Source: an uncultured delta proteobacterium
Lineage (GTDB): Bacteria; Desulfobacterota; Desulfomonilia; Desulfomonilales; Desulfomonilaceae
Reading direction: 5' to 3'
Length of the DNA: 64,000 bases
Assembly (NCBI GenBank): GCA_963729795.1
Contig: CAVSPC010000054.1
Coordinates: forward strand, 1-64,000
The notes under the pieces are model-generated. The model worked only from the letters and a program-made list of their open reading frames with translations. It had not been told where the DNA came from and did no database searches. The position numbers and the translations under genes were made by a program. Numbering within the stretch: position 1 is the stretch's first letter; every line of letters begins with the position of its first letter. Positions 9,070 through 18,426 of this stretch are shown here, in pieces.

Positions 9070-10236
9070 ATGACCATGTGCTGGCGTCTAGTGTTGCGCA
9101 ACCGCCGCCGTTACAAAGCGGTAATTGCCGGCATAGCCGTCGGCACTGCTGGATTCATAATTATTCAAACCATGGGGAATTCGGTAGAGAAAAAGATGGG
9201 TGAGCACCTCGAGCTCCTCGGGGAAGCTACCGTCATGAAAGCGGAATGGCAAAATGATGAGAATTATCACCCGGGTGAGTACTACCCGAGGGATGTCATA
9301 AAGCTGAAACAGCTTCCCCACGTGATGGCAGTCGCACCTGTCGTTTCGCTACCCCAAATCGACGTTTATTTTCACAGCACGGAGTGGAGCCCCGGTCTCT
9401 TTGGCATTGACCAATCGTTTTGGAGAACTCAAACTCCCACTTTGCTGTACGGGCGTCTGATCGGTCCATCGGATGTCGTAGGGAGGAAGAACGTCTGTGT
9501 GCTTGGCCATGACGTCGTCAAGTATCTGTTCAAAAATCCCAATCCTGTCGGAGAGACGATCCGCGTGGGGAATTTGTCTTTTGAGGTCATAGGGATTCTA
9601 GGTGGCATTCAGAATTCAGATATTAGCCGCTCGGTCTTTGTCCCGATCACAACAGCGCGGAACCTGTTTCAAGACCTCATGTGGATAAGAGAGATCTACT
9701 TGAGAGTAGATGATTGGAATGCGGTGGAACCTGTCCGTGATCTAGCTCTTCGCTCCCTCAAGGGATCTCACAAGGGTTACGAAGCGGGAATACGAGTGGT
9801 CCACTATCCTGAGCGTATCAAAAAGGTAAAGGGAACGGTTTATATCGTCAAGGTCTTGGTCTATGCGGCGCTAGGCATAACTATAGTTCTTGGCGGCCTC
9901 GGTATCACGAACGTGATGCTTGCCGCTGTGCGGGATCGAACGCGAGAGATAGGTCTCCGCAAGGCCCTAGGGGCCCGAGAAGAGATTATCATGGTTCAAT
10001 TCCTCACTGAGGCGATTTTCATAAGTCTTTTTGCCGGCATAATCGGCGCCATTTGTGGGGTTTTGTGTGTTCAGGTTTTGAAAAGGCCACTGGGTGTGGA
10101 AGTCTCTCCTTTGATGATGACTGCGAGCCTCTTCGGAGGTCTCATATTTACCTTTCTTCTTGGGGTACTTTCTGGGCTATATCCGTCCATCAGGGCGAGC
10201 AGGCTGGATTCGGTAAGCGCTATGCGCTTCGAATGA
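9070..10236 (+). CDS. ABC transporter permease, FtsX/MacB-like, with no adjacent ATPase gene
   Basis: An N-terminal TM helix, a large periplasmic domain, and three C-terminal TM helices with the FtsX signature. The start is trimmed to the ATG at 9070; the track ORF begins at 8965. Confidence 0.7.
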   Translation: MTMCWRLVLRNRRRYKAVIAGIAVGTAGFIIIQTMGNSVEKKMGEHLELLGEATVMKAEWQNDENYHPGEYYPRDVIKLKQLPHVMAVAPVVSLPQIDVYFHSTEWSPGLFGIDQSFWRTQTPTLLYGRLIGPSDVVGRKNVCVLGHDVVKYLFKNPNPVGETIRVGNLSFEVIGILGGIQNSDISRSVFVPITTARNLFQDLMWIREIYLRVDDWNAVEPVRDLALRSLKGSHKGYEAGIRVVHYPERIKKVKGTVYIVKVLVYAALGITIVLGGLGITNVMLAAVRDRTREIGLRKALGAREEIIMVQFLTEAIFISLFAGIIGAICGVLCVQVLKRPLGVEVSPLMMTASLFGGLIFTFLLGVLSGLYPSIRASRLDSVSAMRFE

Positions 10237-10386
10237 GTCTTGCGGGTGTGGCTGACCCGCGTACACGGGCGCGGTTCGATCCGGCAGTCCCGCTGTCAAG
10301 ACACAGACGCCTGCAAGACATCTTGGTTGGGCTTTTACGACGGCTCATCTAAACATGAACGACCCTGAAAAGCAAATTTAGCAATT

Positions 10387-10466
10387 CGCGTTCAAAATGA
10401 TGAGAAAATGGTCTCTAACCCCCCTTTACTTAAGAGAAAGGGGGGATTTTGAATGTGGATTGGTAA
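10387..10466 (+). repeat. About 80-bp hairpin repeat element, copy 1: ...TTCAAAATGATGAGAAAATGG..CTCTAACCCCCCTTTACTTAAGAGAAAGGGGGGATTTTGAATG...
   Basis: Near-identical to the copy at 11567..11646. It contains a C6/G6 stem-loop. Confidence 0.6.
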
Positions 10467-10515
10467 TAGTCGTGTCCTTTGACGAAACTCTGTCGGCGGT
10501 GTATCTTCCACGCTC

Positions 10516-11544
10516 ATGAAAATTGCAGAAAAGAATTTGCGGATCGGCGTCGTGGGTGTCGGCACTATGGGGCAACACCACGTTCGCATCATTTCTCAGA
10601 CTCCGGATGTGGAGTTGGCAGGGTTTCATGACCCCGATCCGGTAAGAGCCGCAGAAATTTGCAGCAGGCACGGTTGCGAATGTTTTGGCACGCTGGATGA
10701 ATTGCTGAATCAGAGCGATGCGGTTATTGTGGCGGCGCCCACTTCAACGCACTACGAAATCGGAGAAAAATGCTTGGGCCGAGGTATCCACGTGTTGATG
10801 GAGAAGCCGCTGGCCCATGAGGTAGAAGCCGCTGCCAAGTTGGTAGACCTCTCGCGGAGAGCCGGCGTGGTACTTATGGTAGGCCATGTCGAACGTTACA
10901 ATCCGGCAGTGGGTAAGCTTATGGAGCTTCTTCGCCAGGAACATGAAGAGATCATTTCAATCGATGCTCGAAGGCTGGCCCCCTTCGACGGTTCCCGCTG
11001 CATTGATGTTGACGTGCTCTATGATTTGCTTATCCACGATATCGACCTTTCTCTGGAAATAGCCGGCTCTTCCGTTCTAAACGTGTCCGCAGTAGGCCGT
11101 CCGGTCTTTTCCAAGAAAACCGACGTCGCTCACACACGAATTGAATTCGGCAATGGTGTCGCGGGAATTTTCTGGACCGGCAAATGCTCTCCTCTAAAGG
11201 TTCGTTCCTTGACCGTCAGCACCCCCAGACGTTGCCTGGTAGCCGACACACTCGCCTGTACCCTCACAGTGTACGCCGCTGAACAACTCTCTCCAATGGA
11301 AAACGGCCTATGCATGATGGGAACCGTTGAGAAACAAGAGATTTTAGTACCGCATGAAGAGCCACTTCGGCGTGAAATCGCGGACTTCCTTCTAGCGATC
11401 CGGGAAGGGAATCTTCCACTGGTGGACGGTTGGAGAGGCCTGCGTGCGATGCAAGCTCTTGCCCTAGTGGAGAAATCAATAGCTGCCCGTGGGGCTGTAA
11501 TCCAAATTGCCTCGGATGATAAGCGCTATAGTGAACTGCGTTGA
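10516..11544 (+). CDS. Gfo/Idh/MocA-family NAD(P)-dependent oxidoreductase
   Basis: Rossmann motif GVVGVGTMG at the N-terminus and an EKP motif (LMEKPLA). Confidence 0.85.
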   Translation: MKIAEKNLRIGVVGVGTMGQHHVRIISQTPDVELAGFHDPDPVRAAEICSRHGCECFGTLDELLNQSDAVIVAAPTSTHYEIGEKCLGRGIHVLMEKPLAHEVEAAAKLVDLSRRAGVVLMVGHVERYNPAVGKLMELLRQEHEEIISIDARRLAPFDGSRCIDVDVLYDLLIHDIDLSLEIAGSSVLNVSAVGRPVFSKKTDVAHTRIEFGNGVAGIFWTGKCSPLKVRSLTVSTPRRCLVADTLACTLTVYAAEQLSPMENGLCMMGTVEKQEILVPHEEPLRREIADFLLAIREGNLPLVDGWRGLRAMQALALVEKSIAARGAVIQIASDDKRYSELR

Positions 11545-11566
11545 AAATTTGGCTTGATGCCGATTC

Positions 11567-11646
11567 GCTTTCAAAATTGTAAGAAAATCCCCTCTAACCC
11601 CCGTTTAGTAAAGGGGGGACGGGGGGATTCTGAATGCGAGTCGGTG
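11567..11646 (+). repeat. About 80-bp hairpin repeat element, copy 2, in the same orientation as copy 1
   Basis: TTCAAAATTGTAAGAAAATCCCCTCTAACCCCCGTTTAGTAAAGGGGGGACGGGGGGATTCTGAATG aligns with copy 1. The two copies flank the oxidoreductase gene. Confidence 0.6.
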
Positions 11647-11714
11647 TGAGATCTAGAAATGGGCATGTGATACCACGCCGCATGCCCGATTCGAGGTGCA
11701 TTGGCACAGAATAC

Positions 11715-12593
11715 TCAAATCACCTTGTTGAGGGCATACTCGACGATACCCGTAGCTCCGGCCTTCAATAGCTTCGGAATAAGGGAACGCACGACTTCTT
11801 CGGATACCACCGACTCGACCGAAAACCATTCCGATTTGTAAAGCCCGGCAACTGTAGGGGCATTTAGGGATGGCAGCAGGCCCACTACCTTGTCCAAATT
11901 GTCCCGTGGAACGTTCATCTTGAGACCCACCATCTTGCGCGCCTCCAGAGCGGCTTGTAGCAAGAGGTGAATCTGTTCGATTTTCTCTCTTTTGAAGGGA
12001 TCCTGAAACGCTCTTCGGTTTGCAATGAATTGGGTGTTGGTCGTGAGCAGGTTGTGAATGATGCGAAGTCCGTTTGCTCTAAGTGTGCTGCCGGTCTCGG
12101 TGACGTCCACAATCGCATCCACGACTCTTTCATTGACCTTGGCCTCGGTGCTTCCCCATGAAAACTCGACCTCGACTTTCACGCCTCGTTCCGAGAAGAA
12201 TTTCCTTGTGAACCGGACTAGTTCGGTGGCGATACGCTTTCCGTCAAGGTCCTCGGGTACGTGATAATCGGATTCCGCGTCGACAGCTAGCACCCAACGT
12301 GCCGGATTTTGAGATACTTTCGAATAGACTAAATCGTCGATAACCATCACGTCGGATTCGTTTTCAAGGATCCAGTCTCTTCCTGTAAGGCCCGCGTCAA
12401 ATGTGCCTGCTTCGACGTAACGAGATATTTCCTGGGCTCTCAAACGAGCCATGATGATTTCGTCGTCGTCAACAATGGGAAAATAGCTGCGAGGAGAAAC
12501 ATTGATGTTCCATCCCGCTCTGCGAAACAAATCTATGGTAGCCTGTTCGAGGCTCCCCTTCGGTATAACGAGCTTGAGTGCTTCTTTATTCAT
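11715..12593 (-). CDS. hisG: ATP phosphoribosyltransferase, long form
   Basis: 292 aa with the typical HisG N-terminus ([10 protein letters not shown]) and a C-terminal regulatory domain. Confidence 0.9.
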   Translation of the reverse strand: MNKEALKLVIPKGSLEQATIDLFRRAGWNINVSPRSYFPIVDDDEIIMARLRAQEISRYVEAGTFDAGLTGRDWILENESDVMVIDDLVYSKVSQNPARWVLAVDAESDYHVPEDLDGKRIATELVRFTRKFFSERGVKVEVEFSWGSTEAKVNERVVDAIVDVTETGSTLRANGLRIIHNLLTTNTQFIANRRAFQDPFKREKIEQIHLLLQAALEARKMVGLKMNVPRDNLDKVVGLLPSLNAPTVAGLYKSEWFSVESVVSEEVVRSLIPKLLKAGATGIVEYALNKVI

Positions 12594-12957
12594 CTATGTT
12601 CAGAATCTCTCCTTGCGGGGTAAGACGACGGAAGAAACAGCTCCACTTTCCAGTGTGGCAAGCCCCTCTTCCCTGCTGTTCTACCAAGAGTAGTATGGTA
12701 TCGTGATCGCAATCTACCAGTACATCTTTGACAATCTGAATGTCGCCCGAAGTAGCTCCTTTGCGCCACAGTTCTTGCCGGGAACGGCTCCAGTAGCAAG
12801 CCCTGCCTTCCTTCAGAGTCGTCTCCAGCGCTTCCCTGTTCATGTAAGCCATCATAAGGACTTTACCGGTACGAACATCCTGAGCTATGGCCGGAACGAG
12901 CCCATTGCCTTTTTCAAAATCAACCACCGGTTGATCGATCTTCACCTGCGCATTCAT
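12586..12957 (-). CDS. hisI: Phosphoribosyl-AMP cyclohydrolase
   Basis: 123 aa with LVPAIAQD and the [10 protein letters not shown]...GACHTG motifs. It overlaps hisG by 8 nt. Confidence 0.9.
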   Translation of the reverse strand: MNAQVKIDQPVVDFEKGNGLVPAIAQDVRTGKVLMMAYMNREALETTLKEGRACYWSRSRQELWRKGATSGDIQIVKDVLVDCDHDTILLLVEQQGRGACHTGKWSCFFRRLTPQGEILNIDE

Positions 12958-13349
12958 CCGGAGCCCTCCTCACTCTCGGTCATGAACTCCTGTTCCATTG
13001 CACGGAGGATACCCATCACGATACCGGAGGCCACTTGCGCCGTTTCAGGCTCCATGCTCCCATTCAAGACGGCGCCCAGGAGGTCATTCAGAACACGCAC
13101 TGCATCCACCGGTCTGCGAATCAAGGGCTCGCGTGAGGCTGCATAAACGGGGGAGAGGTGCTCCGATTTTCCAGGATCGCGTTCGCTTCCTCCTAGATAT
13201 ACATCTTGTCCTCGTCTTTCCCGAAGGATTTCTTCGAAAATCTTTATCGCCTCCGGAGTGTAATCGTCTCTCTCCTCTTGGAGTATTCTGATTATCTCCT
13301 CGGTAGAATTAGCCTCCAATACGGCTCTATCCACCTTGATCTCCACCAT
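12954..13349 (-). CDS. Hypothetical acidic protein, translationally coupled to hisI by an ATGA overlap
   Basis: 131 aa with protein-like composition. GGAGG RBS 5 nt upstream. Confidence 0.5.
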   Translation of the reverse strand: MVEIKVDRAVLEANSTEEIIRILQEERDDYTPEAIKIFEEILRERRGQDVYLGGSERDPGKSEHLSPVYAASREPLIRRPVDAVRVLNDLLGAVLNGSMEPETAQVASGIVMGILRAMEQEFMTESEEGSG

Positions 13350-13448
13350 CTGAGCCTCCGAGTGATTCGAATTGTCGGGGCGAAATAGCGCTTGTCAGCT
13401 CAAGAAACTGACATCCTTCAGCTTCGGTCATGCCCCAGCACAGTATCT

Positions 13449-13589
13449 TCACTTTATAAAGATGTCCACGATGCGGACAGTTTGGTCGTCGCGCTCCCAA
13501 TCCATATCATTGATCCGCTGTAATAACTTACTCCAAGAGCAACTGGAAAGCAGCACCAGAGTGAGGGCTACCAGCAACCATTTTTTCAT
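13449..13589 (-). CDS. Small putative lipoprotein, about 46 aa
   Basis: MKKWLLVALTLVLLSSC has a lipobox LSSC. GAGGA RBS upstream of the internal ATG. Confidence 0.4.
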   Translation of the reverse strand: MKKWLLVALTLVLLSSCSWSKLLQRINDMDWERDDQTVRIVDIFIK

Positions 13590-13880
13590 CGTGATCCTCG
13601 TGTGGGCCAACCGCGATCCCTGGGGAAAATGTTCAGCCACTGATGATACCTCGCCGGATCAAAGGAGGCAAGTCGGCCCAATATCGAATGTCGATTCTAG
13701 GTATACTCAACATCACAGTGTAATAATAAGTAATTTTATTGATTTTTGCAACTCATTATGATAGTATGGCCACGTGAATCAAATCCCGTGAATGCCCTGA
13801 CTTGGACAAATATCATGGGACGGAGACAAATCTGAATGTTCGACAGCGCGGCGGACATTCGGACCACGGAGGACGAGATG

Positions 13881-14345
13881 AAAAAATACCTGATCTTGGC
13901 CGTGGCAATGGTTCTGATAATCGGAATGGGTTGCTGGTCATTTGCGTTTGAGACAGATTTTGACGATCTGTACAGCTTCGACAGGTGCCTCCCTGCCTGG
14001 AAACTTGGGCGAGGCTTTGTGGATCTTATATCAGGTCCGCACGAACTCGCTACACACTTCGCAAACAGCGCTATTAACGGAGCCTATGTCGGCGCTTACG
14101 AGAGTGGTTGGTGGGGGCACATAGCAGGATCTCTTAATGGGATGATTGCCGGAACAGCGTCCGGCTTTGTGTACGGGCTCAAAAGAATGACATTAGGCGC
14201 TCTTGAGATTGCCACATTCTGGAAGCCTGAATACGGCCCCACGATGGACCCGGAGTTCGGAACTCGTTGCCGAGCGTTTGAGGATCAGGATTACTTTGAC
14301 CCGCATCCTTTCTGGTACACTGGGCCGACGCGTGCGGTACGTTAA
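13881..14345 (+). CDS. Hypothetical exported protein
   Basis: Signal peptide MKKYLILAVAMVLIIGMGCWSFA. GGAGGA RBS. A sigma70-like TTGATT -35 and TAGTAT -10 pair lies at about 13737-13765. Confidence 0.45.
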   Translation, partial: KKYLILAVAMVLIIGMGCWSFAFETDFDDLYSFDRCLPAWKLGRGFVDLISGPHELATHFANSAINGAYVGAYESGWWGHIAGSLNGMIAGTASGFVYGLKRMTLGALEIATFWKPEYGPTMDPEFGTRCRAFEDQDYFDPHPFWYTGPTRAVR

Positions 14346-14405
14346 GTGAAATGTGATGCGTCCTACTCGTATTTGCCCTCTATGAAAAAGTGGAGGGGCT
14401 GGTGT

Positions 14406-15326
14406 TCAACTCATGCTTTCCAGATACTGTTGTGCGCTGTAAGCGGCTATAGCCCCGTCCCCGACTGCGGTGGAGATCTGCCGGAGGATTTTGGCTCGTA
14501 TGTCTCCGGCAGCGAAGACGCCTGGCCTGGAGCAGGCCATTTTACTATCCGTAATTATGAATCCTCTTTCGTCCGTATCTACGAAGTCGCGGAATCCTTG
14601 CGAATTGGGAGTCAAGCCGACATAGAAGAAAATCCCACCCACCGGCAGCACCTCTTCAGACGCGTCAGTCACTGAACGAACGCGCAGCCCTTGAACCTCG
14701 TGCTCACCTAGAATCTCCATTGGAACAGAATTCCAGTGGATTGCGATTTTGGGTTGGACAAAAGCCTTTTCCTGAATTTCTTGCACGGCCCGCAGCTTGT
14801 CACGCCTGTGGATAAGATGAACCTTCGAAGCGAACCTGGTCAGATAGCAAGCTTCTTCAACTGCCGAATCGCCGCCTCCCACTACAGCGACTTCCAGATC
14901 CCTGAAGAAAGGGCCGTCACAAACGGCGCAGTAGCTCACTCCTCTGCCCGCTAGTTTCAACTCTCCCGGGATCCCTAACTTGACCGGCTGCGCTCCTGTG
15001 GCCAAGATCAATACTTGGCATGCGAAATCTTCCCCCGCGTCGGTCCTTATGGAAAAGCCCTCATCTGTCGGCGTTATGCGTTTCACCTCGGTCTGGACTA
15101 TCTCCACACCGAACTTCTTCGCGTGGGCCTCCATTTTTTGGGCCAGCTCAAACCCCAAAATTGGCTCGCTGAAGCCAGGGTAGTTGTCCACAGTCTCCGT
15201 TGCGGTCAATTGCCCACCGGGCAAGCCCTTTTCAAGGATGGCAACGGGCACGCGAGCTCTAGCCGCGTACAGACCGGCCGTTAGGCCTGCCGGTCCGCCT
15301 CCCAAAATAAGAAGATCTTTCTTCAT
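14406..15326 (-). CDS. trxB: Thioredoxin-disulfide reductase
   Basis: GGGPAG FAD motif, redox-active CAVCD, and an NADPH motif. Confidence 0.9.
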   Translation of the reverse strand: MKKDLLILGGGPAGLTAGLYAARARVPVAILEKGLPGGQLTATETVDNYPGFSEPILGFELAQKMEAHAKKFGVEIVQTEVKRITPTDEGFSIRTDAGEDFACQVLILATGAQPVKLGIPGELKLAGRGVSYCAVCDGPFFRDLEVAVVGGGDSAVEEACYLTRFASKVHLIHRRDKLRAVQEIQEKAFVQPKIAIHWNSVPMEILGEHEVQGLRVRSVTDASEEVLPVGGIFFYVGLTPNSQGFRDFVDTDERGFIITDSKMACSRPGVFAAGDIRAKILRQISTAVGDGAIAAYSAQQYLESMS

Positions 15327-15327
15327 G

Positions 15328-15660
15328 CTAAGAGGCCTTGTCTAGCAGCTCCTTTATACGGCTTTTGGGAACCGCACCCACAATTTGGTCGACTACTTGT
15401 CCATCTTTGAACAGCATCAAAGTTGGGATGCCCCTGACTCCGTATTTGCTCGCAATCTGCTTGTTGTTGTCGACATCCAGCTTGGCGACCTTGACTTTCC
15501 CCCTATATTCATCCGCGAGTTCTTCCACGATCGGACCCACGGTTCGGCAGGGGCCACACCACGCGGCCCAGAAGTCCACCAGTGCGGGCAAATCCGACTG
15601 CAGGATTTGTTGATCGAAATCTCCATCGGTAACATGGCAAAGGTTCTCATTTTCAGACAT
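15328..15660 (-). CDS. trxA: Thioredoxin
   Basis: WCGPC active site. 110 aa. Confidence 0.9.
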   Translation of the reverse strand: MSENENLCHVTDGDFDQQILQSDLPALVDFWAAWCGPCRTVGPIVEELADEYRGKVKVAKLDVDNNKQIASKYGVRGIPTLMLFKDGQVVDQIVGAVPKSRIKELLDKAS

Positions 15661-15680
15661 TATAGACTCCTCTCAAAAGT

Positions 15681-15923
15681 TTAAATTTGCTCTCTCCCGC
15701 AATGCTCTCTTAAAAACATTTTCAGTTTGGTCCGCACATCTTCCGGGATATCCTCGGAAACACCTCTGGCGCACAGTTGCACAGTCGCCCTAAGTGACTG
15801 ATATACCAGTGAGCAAGGTTCGCATAGCGCTAAGTGCTCTTCGATGCACTTGCACTCATCTTCCCCGATGTCGCCGTCCAGGAAATCGGACAGATGATCG
15901 CAATAATCTTTGCAAGTCTTCAT
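15681..15923 (-). CDS. Zinc-binding anti-sigma factor (ZAS family, RsrA-like)
   Basis: 80 aa with the H-x3-C-x2-C motif (EEHLALCEPC) plus additional N-terminal Cys residues. It sits 3 nt downstream of the ECF sigma gene. Confidence 0.6.
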   Translation of the reverse strand: MKTCKDYCDHLSDFLDGDIGEDECKCIEEHLALCEPCSLVYQSLRATVQLCARGVSEDIPEDVRTKLKMFLREHCGREQI

Positions 15924-15926
15924 TTT

Positions 15927-16535
15927 CTATCTCGATGCCCTCCGCGTACTGGAGGAAACGTCTTTTTCCATGTAATAGGAATTCAAAGCCAAGCGCACCG
16001 AATTCCGAGCCCTATGAAGCCGCGATTTTACGGCCGCCACTGAAGAATCCATTATCTCGGAAACTTCCTTGAGCGAAAAACCTTCGACATCTCTCAGAAC
16101 AATTACCGAACGATACAACACGGGAAGGTCATCAATCGCTTCTTCAATTTTCTTGCAGCCTTCTTTTGAAAGAAGAAGATCCAGCGGCGAACTCGCAAAC
16201 TCAACTGAACCCGGTGCAGATACGGTACCCGAAGAGTTCTTAAGTTGATCGTCGTATTCGATGAGTTCCGGCTTATTCTTCCTGAGAGACATCAAGGCAT
16301 TATTCGTTGCTATCCTGAATAACCATGTGGAAAACGAGGATGTACCGCTGAAGCCTTTCAATCCCTTGTACGCGTTCAAGAAAGTCTCCTGCAATAAATC
16401 TTGTGCCTGATGGTTGTCCTTAACAATTTTTCTCAAATGCCGATAAATCCTGCCCTCGTATTTCGCCACCAGGCGCTCGAAAGCATCGTAGTCTCCGGCG
16501 AGGACCTCTGCTATTGTTTGTCGGTCTTCGTCCAT
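15927..16535 (-). CDS. RNA polymerase ECF-type sigma-70 family factor
   Basis: Sigma-70 region 2 (YRHLRKIVKDNHQAQDLLQETFLNAYKGL) and region 4 (LPVLYRSVIVLRDVEGFSLKEVSEIMDSSVAAVKSRLHRAR). The start is trimmed to the ATG at 16535; the TTG at 16568 is possible. Confidence 0.8.
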   Translation of the reverse strand: MDEDRQTIAEVLAGDYDAFERLVAKYEGRIYRHLRKIVKDNHQAQDLLQETFLNAYKGLKGFSGTSSFSTWLFRIATNNALMSLRKNKPELIEYDDQLKNSSGTVSAPGSVEFASSPLDLLLSKEGCKKIEEAIDDLPVLYRSVIVLRDVEGFSLKEVSEIMDSSVAAVKSRLHRARNSVRLALNSYYMEKDVSSSTRRASR

Positions 16536-16671
16536 GCTCGTCCCTATGTCCAAGGATAGGTGCTTCAAAGCAAAATAATCGCAAAATTGATATTTATCTA
16601 TTTAACCATAGTATCTACATCTTACTTGTGTCAAGGGCAAAGCCGAGGAGCCGATAAGCGTTCACTTACGT

Positions 16672-16946
16672 GGGGCAGGCTTTCCAGCACGCCTTTTCGT
16701 AATTTGGCCGCCGGCAGGCTGGAAGAAACTGTCTCAAAATGGAGGTGTGGGCGAGATTCGTGGCACGATGACCCTCTTTCCCGGCAATGAATTACCGGGC
16801 TACTGTCCCTCGTCCCTCCGGGACGCTTTCGTTTGAGCCCCATCGGGGCGATAGAAAGTAGACCGGTGCTTTAGCGCCGGGCTGCCATCGTGGCACGATT
16901 CTGGCCATCAAAATAGTTTTGAGACAGTTTCGGAAAGCCTGCCCCC
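16672..16946. mobile_element. About 275-bp element bounded by imperfect 29-bp inverted repeats, MITE-like or a long cruciform
   Basis: GGGGCAGGCTTTCC (16672-85) plus GAAACTGTCTCAAAA (16725-39) is the reverse complement of TTTTGAGACAGTTTCGGAAAGCCTGCCCC (16917-46). The interior has short hairpins and CGTGGCACGAT motifs. Confidence 0.35.
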
Positions 16947-17275
16947 AGGCTTAATGATACCTTCGGGCTGAAAATTGATGCTTATAGGTGCCGAGAGGTG
17001 GGATGAGCGTAAAAGGCCGACGAACTTTTGGTCCCGGAGAGGATCTGCCCGGACTCTCGAGGTTATCAATAGCGAGCTGAAGAGATTGCCGGCTCATCGT
17101 GCCAATTATCTAATGAAAGTCTACACTAATCGGGCTGTTATCGGTTTGTTCAAATTCCCTCTCTGATTGATCGGTTGCTCACCGTAGAGATCGTTACTTG
17201 AAATTCGATCTTCCCGGAAAAATCGGTTGCGTGATTGCTCGACCCCTTATAATATGAAAAAAACAAGGAGAGCGC

Positions 17276-18068
17276 ATGGAAGACCTCATAGAAAAAGTTG
17301 CACAGAGCATAGTGCGCGCCAAAAACGCAGTAGCGTTGACCGGTGCCGGAATCGGTACCTGAATCCGGTATCCCTGATTTCCGAAGCCCGGGCGGACTTT
17401 GGACACGCGTCGATCCCGGCGAATTTTCCATAGACCGCTTTCTCCAAAATCCTGCGCGATTCTGGCGGCTTCACTCGAAGTTGAAAGAATCCGGTGACTT
17501 CGACCTAGCTTCAGCAGAGCCTAATGCGGCTCACTTCGCTCTGTCTCGTCTGGAACAAATGGGAATGCTGAAGTGCATCATCACTCAAAACGTGGACAAC
17601 CTTCACCAAAGAGCGGGCTCCGTTGACGTAGTTGAATTTCATGGAAATCTATTGCGGGCTGTATGTATGAAATGTCGGACGCTTGAGCCCATAGGAGAGG
17701 TGGAGGCTCGACTCGCCAGCGTTGCAGACGGAGCCCCGAGATGCCAAAAATGCGGAGGTTTGCTCAAACCCGATGCAATTTTCTTTGGAGAAGCCATTCC
17801 ATCCAAGGCGCTCATGATTTCTCAGGTCCAGTCTCAAAAATGTGACGTGCTCCTAGTTATCGGGACTTCCCTGCAAGTGTTCCCGGCAGCCCAGATTCCG
17901 CTCTCGGTCAAACTAAAGTATCCGCCGGCAACGGTTGTTGAGATCAACCGAGAAGCATCGGCGATGTACGAGCAGGTCAGTGACATTTTGCTCTTGGGAA
18001 GTGCTAGCGAAATCCTCAACAGACTCATGGAAGTGCTGGAAGGTAAGGTAATGGCGGGTGCGTGCTAG
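17276..18068 (+). pseudogene. cobB: NAD-dependent protein deacylase (sirtuin CobB) with a +1 frameshift near 17360
   Basis: The ATG at 17276 has an AAGGAG RBS and encodes MEDLIEKVAQSIVRAKNAVALTGAGIGT followed by TGA. The +1 frame continues ESGIPDFRSPGGLW...FHGNLLRAVCMKC...CQKCGG (the sirtuin Zn ribbon). Removing a single T in ACC-T-GAA restores GAGIGTESGIPDFR. Confidence 0.75.
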
Positions 18069-18426
18069 GAGCCTGTCGCGCAACCTCACTCGTCGGCGCC
18101 ATCGTGCTACGCGGAGGTTCCACTCATTGTTCCGTGACCTTCCCCTGGCTTCTAGGAGTCTGACATACTAAGTTTGTCCCATGGCAACCTCTGAGAGATC
18201 CCGATAGATTAGTCGCCATCGTGCCACGAATTCGGGAAAGTCCCGCGGGACGCGGGATTACGCAACAGCCTCCTAGACCGACATGAGCTTGCCGACCAGA
18301 AGGGTCATGGAGCAACAGTCCTAGTTGGACAGCAAACACCTTCAGCCAAATTTCCCTCTCAAGTTGCAATATTCTATGAGGGGCCACCCAGGGCCATGGC
18401 CCAAGGCATGCATATTGAGTCGGTAT

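Noticed and set aside
10253-10310. tRNA-like GGTTCGATCC T-loop motif downstream of the permease gene
   Set aside because: The flanking bases do not form a T-stem, acceptor stem or anticodon arm. It is probably a GC-rich terminator or leader structure.
14346-15284. Plus-strand ORFs of 109, 72, 67 and 89 aa
   Set aside because: They are antisense to trxB, which has unambiguous FAD/NADPH and CAVC motifs.
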